A DNA stretch of 64,000 bases from the human T2T-CHM13v2.0 reference genome, Homo sapiens. This document shows, in pieces, positions 56,471-64,000 of the stretch (positions within the stretch are counted from its first letter, which is position 1; each line of letters opens with the position of its first letter). The stretch lies in NCBI RefSeq assembly GCF_009914755.1, contig NC_060940.1. One strand, 5' to 3'. The notes beneath the pieces are model-generated. The model did not search any database. It was not told where the DNA came from and saw only the letters and a list, made by a program, of their open reading frames with translations. The position numbers were made by a program, and so were the translations under genes.

Positions 56471-57116
56471 TGGATGGAAGGTGTTTTTAAAACTATTGAG
56501 GGCAGTCACAAGCCCTTTGGATGGATGGAGTTGTCTGCCCGTGGTCAGAAATTCCCAACAAATAAGTTGGACCTTCTCCAGGAAGTGAATTCAGAGGCTA
56601 CCGCACAGGAAATCTAAAAGGCACCCCCTTACCCAGCACAGTCTCCCAAGAGGAGAGAAACAGCAGCAGAGAGCTGGGAGAGAGCCGATCTGAAGGGTGG
56701 GACACAGAGACAAAAGTCTGGCCTGTTACTCAGAGGAGAGGCCCGGAGAGGAGGTGCCCGGCATGTGGATCTGGTCCAAAAATGTGGCAGGTCACACAGA
56801 CCTGCCACCTTCTTGGACCTGCCAGATTCGGGGAGCTGGAGAAACACAGATGCTAAAGAGCAAAAAGAGACTGAGGATCAAAGGCTGGAAAGTATCCAGT
56901 ACTTGATCTAAATGGTAAAAGTTTTCAAGACAAGAAAACTGCACTTACCAAGGCTAAACCCTCAGTGACCAAGAAGCATTGCTTGCTTGCTTGTTAATGA
57001 TAACTAGCATATATTGAGCACTTACAATGTTACAGGCACAGATCTAAGCACTGACAGGTATTATGTCATTTGATTTTCACAATAACTCCAGGAAGTAGAC
57101 CCTATGATAAATGCTA

Positions 57117-57500
<384 letters not shown>

Positions 57501-57877
57501 TCAAATCCAAAGAGTCTAACTCCATAACAACTCTGCTTCCTTGCACCATCCAGGAAAATAGCTGGGAGCTGCACATGCTCTGCCTCCTCGAAGTAATTTC
57601 TCCTGGCTGATCTTGACGTTTGACTTCTCAGATTTTGCTACTGTTTTTGGTGCTTTCACATTTTTCATGCTGTGCTCACAGATCTCACCTAATCTACACC
57701 ACAACCTCAAGGAATTGTCATAACTCTCTTCCCATGTGCATGATGAAGGTAAAGTCCAGAGACAGCCAGTGATGTACCCAGTTACCCAGCTAATGAGCTA
57801 CACACTTTGAGTCATGGGTCCCTTGCTTCTTGCATCGGGGGGGCTTTCTGACATAAGTGTGTTTCAAAAATTGCAAC

Positions 57878-58538
57878 TGAAACCAGCCCTATTGTCCCCT
57901 AGACCTGATGTGTATGGCTTTTTGAATAAACATAGAAATTGTCCCTCCCGGTCTTAAAGCTTGAAACCTACATTTGCCTTATCTGAGTTCCTTCATCAGG
58001 AAGCTGACCCTCAGGCCTTCCAGGTAGGATCAAGGAGCTGAAACTCACCACATCACTGCATCTGGACAAGGAGATGCCAGACCCCTCACCCACCATGATT
58101 CCTGTTAGCCAACTCCTCTTCCATTCCCCGCCTCATTCCTGTTTCTCGGCATGTAATTACATTTCTCCCTGCTACATAAACCCCTAATTTTAGTCAGTTC
58201 AGAGAGACAGGTTTGAGTTTTGGCTCCCATCTCCATGGCTGACATCACTGAATAAAAAGCCTTCTTCCTTGGCAATGCTCACTGTCTTCTTACCAAAACA
58301 CCAGGGGTTCAGTCTAGGCCCTGCTGCTTACCCCACAGAAAGCCAATCACTGGGGCAACAACTTGAGAAACACGATTTTCTGAAGATTTAAGACCGGTAT
58401 GGTCAATTCCTACGTTTATCCAAAAGAAACCATAAACATCAGTTCTGTGGGACACTTGGGCCTATTTCAGTTTCAGCGATTGGCATTCTGTGCACCAAGC
58501 AACTGGACCTAGACTGAACCCCTGGCATTTCTGTAGCA
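57878..58538 (+). mobile_element. ERV1 solo LTR, MER66-like (host element)
   Basis: TGAAACCAGCCC...aataaa...ggacctagactgaacccctggcatttctgtagCA; TSD caa(c/t). Confidence 0.85.
58288..58469 (-). mobile_element. Internally deleted MER66-like LTR nested in opposite orientation
   Basis: Reverse complements of both LTR termini; flanked by gtct/gttt. Confidence 0.8.
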
Positions 58539-58762
58539 CAATCCCCAACATACAGGCATGGAGAGAGCTGGAGACGACTGTACGCGGGTACCTGGGATGG
58601 AAATTATATCATTTTAAGTTGAAATTTCTCCTCCTCCTGTATCAGAAAACCAAGCTGTGGTCCAGGAACTGATCTCTAGAGAGAACCATCTACCTAGAGC
58701 TGAAGTAAAGAGTTTCCTTATGTGTCCTGCCAAGGCCTCTTTCAGGCACTGGAGGATTTTCC

Positions 58763-59090
58763 TTAGAGACAGGGTCTAACTCTGTTGTCCAGGCTGAAGT
58801 GCAGTGGTATGATCATAGCTCACTGCAGCCTCAAACTTCTGGGCTCAAGCCATCCTCTTGAGTAACTGGGACTATAGGCATGTGTCACCATGTCTGGTTT
58901 TGGATTTTGTTTGTTTGTTTGTTTTTGTTGTTGTTGCTTTTTGCTTTTTGGTTTTTGTTGCTTTTTGCTTTTTGGTAGAGGGTCTCGCTTGGTTTCTCAG
59001 GCTGCTCTCAAACTCCTGTCCTGAAGTGATCCTTGTGCTTCAGCCTCCAAAGAGTGCTGGGATTACAGACGTGAGCCACCATGCCTGGCC
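58763..59090 (-). mobile_element. AluJ with expanded T-rich linker
   Basis: gtgcagtggtatgatcatagctcactgcagcc; (TTTG/TTG)n linker. Confidence 0.88.
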
Positions 59091-60912
59091 TTTGTGTTTT
59101 TTTATTCCTAAAGATTCCTTTTGCCCCAGAATAATTTCTCCACTCACGAAGCATTTGGGCTGCCAATGTCCAGTATCACAGAAGGAATGTCACAGCTCTG
59201 AATCTCTGAACACAAAGACTTCTAAGTCAAAAGACCTTGATGACCCTAAATGGAGACACAGGAAGGTAAGCATTCCCTAGAATCTGCCCTCAAAAACATA
59301 GAAAGGCACATTCTCCAGAATAAATAAGCATTGCTCAGGCTTAGGGGAAGGAAGAGAATTGGAGGACAGGAGAGTTTGAGTTTGCTAAGTCAATAAGAAG
59401 AGAGGCTGTGTGCCCTCCTCCTAAGGCCAAGTTCAGGGTAGGAGTTGGAGGAGTTGCAGAACCCCAAGATATCTTTGGGGGCTTAAAAGTAGAGAAGACC
59501 TGTGTTCTCTATCCCAGGACTAAAGCCTCTGAATGCAGCAAGACCCTAGATCCCCCTGCACTAAGCCAGAGTGGGAGCGGAAAAGCCAGGTGTATGCAGT
59601 CTGTGAAGATGCCCCCGTGACAGGCTCACAGAGTTGGCCTTGGACCCTGCATCTAATGAGAACCACAGAATGTTTCCACGGGCACTGGAAGGAGAGACGA
59701 TGTGAATGAACTAAAGGAGTACTGCAACTGGGCAGTAAGGAAGACAGCAGTGACCTATATGGATGGAAGACAAGACCCGAAGAGATCCCACGTATCAGAG
59801 GAGAGACCAACAGAGACAGATGATGACACTGAGACCAAATGTTCCTTCCTCCTCCCAACTCACTGACCCCTGCTGAGGTCTCCAAACTTAGACATGAGCC
59901 TAGGCAAAGGGAGAACCCCAAACTGACTGATGTTTGGTGTCCACCAGCTGAGTCAAGCATATTACATAATATTTTAAAATTCTACTTCTTCCACTCCTGA
60001 TATTTTAAGATGATATTTTTAACTACCATAAACCTGAGACCTCCCATTTTGCTCCCTGACACCCCAGGACCCCAGCTGCACCTCTCCCAGCCATGCCAAG
60101 AGATGCCCAGACTGAGCAGGGGCTGGATTTCTGGGGAAATTGACATTCTCACTGAAAGTGACATTCTTATGCTTCCCAGCATTATGTGTCTGCCTGCAAC
60201 AATAATAGATGGCTCTATCGAAGCAGGCGGCAGAATGACCGGGCCTGGGAGGATCCTGGCGGAGGGGCTCTCTACAGCAGAGGTGCCACTGGCCACCTAG
60301 GCCTGCTGTAGACTGACTGCACCAGTCATGGATGGAGATGAATGGATGCCAGGCCTACGAGGTCACAGCTCTGTCCCCAGATGGGTCCCTCTGGTCCCTT
60401 TCTCCTCTTCCATAGACCCCGGGCTCTTGCCTGGACCTTAAGGAGAGTGCTGCCTTTCTCAGACCCTCTCTCAGCTTGGGATCCTTCAGTAGGATCCAGT
60501 GTCCTCTGTTTCTCTCCTGGCCACCTCCAAAGACAAACCCACTGGCCTTGTCCCTAATTTAAGGGCTCTATGCGTGATCCTTGGGGACAAATGGGGAACA
60601 ATGCAGCCACAGTGAAGAAAAGAGAGACACAATTATTATCATTATTATAATAATGGTTAATGTTTTTAGTGTGTGAGGCACTCCAGATCATGGGCCAGGT
60701 GCTCTACCTGTGTGGTTTCCTTTAACCCTCACTACAGCCCTAGGAGGTAGGCACTATTATTGGCCATAGTTTCTAGATGAAGACATTGAGGCTCAGAAAG
60801 GCAGGATCCCATGGTTCATATGTGGTGAAAATAGCATTACTGGGGCCCAGGTTTTTCTGACTCCCCAGCCCATAAACTTAACCACTATACTACATAGAAG
60901 GGCTCCAGATGC

Positions 60913-61190
60913 AGCCGGGGGCGGTGGCTCACCCCTGTAATCCCAGCACTTTGGGAGGTCAAGGAGGGTGGATCACGAGGTTAGGAGTTCAAGACCAGCT
61001 AGGCCAACATGATGAAACCCCATCTCTACTAAAAATACAAAAGTTAGCCAAGCATGGTGGTGTGTGCCTGTAATCCCAGCTTCTCAGGAGGCTAAGGCAG
61101 GAGGGAGGTGGAGGTTGCAGTGACCTGAGGTCGTGCTGCTGCACTCCAACCTTGGAGACAGAGCTAGACTGCATCTAGAGAAAAAAAAAA
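60913..61190 (+). mobile_element. AluSg
   Basis: ggatcacgaggttaggagttcaagacc; TSD ggct(c/g)cagatgca. Confidence 0.9.
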
Positions 61191-63019
61191 GGCTGCAGAT
61201 GCAGTTCTGTAGGGCTTAGCTTGGAAACACAACCACCTGGCTTGTGACAGCAAAAATGATTCTATATCCCACTGGTGAAGCTACCTCTTCCCAGGGACAA
61301 GTTAAGGGATGCAACAAAGCTGTCTCTGAAGACTGTAGGAATCTGTATCTATGGCTAAAAGAATCTGGGAACAGTTGTGCTTGGCAAGCTATTCTTCTCT
61401 GCCTATGTGTCCCAGCTGCCAAGATGTCTAAATGAACACCAGGAGCCCAGCTATCCATCAGGCTGTCTCCTCTAAGCTACTAGAAGACTGTGCAGATGTT
61501 TGCCTGGATTTAGGGTTAATGATAGCAACATCACTCACCTGGCTTTTATATGCTTACAAAATTATAGGACCAAATATTCTCCACATCTTTCTAAGTGCTT
61601 TGCATGAAAGAGATTTATGTCATAGCAGGAGAGAGGTAGGAGCTGATCCCCAAAACAGATTACCAGGAAGCATTTTCTTGAGATAGAACTTGAAGAAGTT
61701 AGATCACTGTTCTGTAGGGAACAGTTGGGACAGAGGCTGGTTCTAACCCAGAAAAAAAATTAACCAGGTTGTAGGACTGTTGATGTCCCATCCATCATTT
61801 TAAAGTTAATGATAAGACTGAAATCTGAGGCACCAAGCATTTTAACTCTTTCAGGTGAAAATCACAGAAGCCCAACTCGAACTGGCCAAAACAAACTAAC
61901 AAAAACAAAAATAAGAAAAAGAGAAGGAAGGGAGTAGGTGAGGAAGTAGACTTATCCGCTCATGTAATTGAAAGGCCCATATGTATTTCAGGTGCGGCTG
62001 GGTCTAAGAGTTTTAACAATGTCATCAGAAATCGATACCCTCATCCCTCACTTCTTTTTCTCTTGTGCTGTTGCCACTGTCTCCAGAATCTACTCTCATG
62101 ATAGCAGGGTAGCAAGCAAAATCTCTAGACTCATATCCTCCCAGCTCAGCAACCATCATGGAAAGAGTGTTTCTCTTTCCCAGTAGCTTCTGCAAAAGTT
62201 CCAGGACCAATTCATTGGTACAGTTTGGATCACGCACTAATCCCTGAAGCTACGAGGTCCCATGACTCAAAGTGGCCAGCTCTGGGTCTTGGGTTCAATT
62301 CTGGAGCCAGAGTGAGGTATTTCCAATAAATGACAGAAAGTGAGTGAGAAATTTGGGATGATTTTTGTGTAGAAAGAAGAGTAGATAATCTACCAGGTGG
62401 TCTACTCCACTAAGGACAAGTTGGAGAACCAGGATGGACTGAGGATCTCTCTAATCCAGGAGCTGTACTACATGGTAGCCTGCAGAGCTTCCTAGCATCC
62501 TCATGAAGTAGCTTTGATCCTCCCAATATTTTTGCTGTCATTGAGGAAACTGAGGCTCCAAGAAGGAGAATAGTTTGATCCGTGAAACATGGGCTTAAGT
62601 TCAAACTCACACTGGCTGATTCCACCAACAGGGCTTCATCCTCCATGCTGTATCCTAAGCTGGAAAGACAATCGAGAATCTAATTTTAAAAGGGTCCCAG
62701 CTCCAGAAGAAACACTATTTGGTTGGATCACTGCACACAGATTACTATTCTCTGAGTTTTAGTTTCCACAGCTGTAAGATGAGAATGCTGTCCTAAATTC
62801 GTGGTGTTAACAGGTAGCAGAGGAATCTAGTGGTGACACAGTTTTCAGAAACCTGAAAGATATTCTCTCAGCCAACACGATCACACCAAATGTAACTTAC
62901 TGCTTCCTCTGGATCCAACAGCCATGGAATTATCCATCAATGGCCTTGGTCATTCAGTTTAGTAATCACAATGATGGTAACTCAGTGTGGCCCCAGTGCT
63001 TTGGGTACATGATCCCATT

Positions 63020-63890
63020 TAATCTTTTCTTTTTTTCTTTCTAATTATACAACCTTCCAAACTTACAAAATGTAACATGTCAGACACATATATATACTCT
63101 TTTCCAAGATTAAACAGATGTTGACATTTTACCATATTGCTTTAAAACTCTTTGTAAAGAAACAAAATGTTACAGATACTAGTAAACTCCTCCTCCTCAG
63201 TTTTCCTTATTCTTTTCTCTACTTCTCTCCTTCCCCAGAGGTAACCTCAATAATGAATGGGTCTGACTGAATCACAGTTATGTTTGTGTTAATTTTTGTA
63301 CATATATAATATTATATATAAACTATATTATATATGTGTGTACATAGAAATATGCTGTCCATATACATATAATTTTGTGGATTTAAAAATTTTGTATGCA
63401 GTATTCTTTTAAAACTTGCTCTCCTCTCAAACTTATTGTTTTTCAGTTTATCTACAGTGATTCATGTGGATCTCATTCACTCATTTAAACTGCAATATCA
63501 TATCCTGTTGTGCATAAACTACAATTTATTTACCATTCCCCAGTTGAGAGAATGTTGGTTGTTTTCACATTCTTGCAATTACGAACTACAACAATAACCA
63601 CTCCTGTATAGTTCTCCTTGGGCACATAAGGGAGTGTTTCCAGCACAAACATTCAGAAATGGAATTGGTAGATAATCAGTGTGGATATCTTCAACTGTAC
63701 TAGGTAATGCCAAATTGCTGTCCAAAGGGGCTTTACCAATTTATACTCTCATCAGAAACATAAATTTCCATTTTCCCATATCCTCACCAACGCTTGTGTT
63801 ACCAGATTTATTGATTTTGTCAATCTGAAAAGTACAAAATGGTATTTCACTGCCTATATTTTGAATAGACCCAATAGTGGCATTGAGAAT
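63020..63890 (-). mobile_element. Old L1ME-type fragment
   Basis: gaaatggaattggtag...gccaaattgctgtccaaagg...ccaatttatactctcatcag. Confidence 0.75.
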
Positions 63891-64000
63891 TTTTTTTTTT
63901 TTTTTTTTTTGAGATGGAGTCTCACTCTGTCACCCAGGCTGGAGTGCAGTGGCGTGATCTCGGCTCACTGCAAGCTCCGCCTCCCGGGTTCACTTCATTC
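63891..64000 (-). mobile_element. AluY 3' part (runs off the window)
   Basis: Poly-T followed by gcaagctccgcctcccgggttcac. Confidence 0.92.

Noticed and set aside
59982-60300. Overlapping 104-aa and 96-aa ORFs in unique sequence
   Set aside because: No recognisable domain, codon bias or splice context; lengths are compatible with chance.
60270-60305. CTCF-like motif (cagcagaggtgcc, ggccacctagg)
   Set aside because: Mismatches at core positions; cannot be supported without a PWM scan or ChIP data.

Overview
Primate (human-like) non-coding genomic DNA. I can support no protein-coding exon, tRNA, rRNA, CpG-island promoter or CRISPR array; the ORF-track entries come from Alu, L1, LTR, low-complexity or chance sequence. 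Most of the window is interspersed repeat: about 30 Alu elements or fragments (J, S and Y types), old L1M and L1PA/PB remnants (including a ~5.8 kb L1M with ORF1/ORF2 relics), L2/MIR fragments, hAT DNA transposons (MER20, MER58, MER5) and many solo LTRs (LTR12, four MER66-like, MER57, LTR47-like, MER41, MER90-like, MSTB, MLT1, LTR33-like). Subfamily names were assigned from remembered consensus features and need RepeatMasker/Dfam confirmation. A few repeat-free, motif-dense islands (about 1.6-2.0, 7.8-8.2, 23.6-24.0 and 49.5-50.2 kb) look like candidate enhancers. I see no evidence for a novel biological system. The most unusual signals are several scars of local copying or rearrangement: a 33-bp template-switch hairpin in L1, a 39-bp exact templated insertion, an Alu fold-back, a locally copied Alu arm, a trimeric Alu, and an LTR nested in inverted orientation inside its own family.
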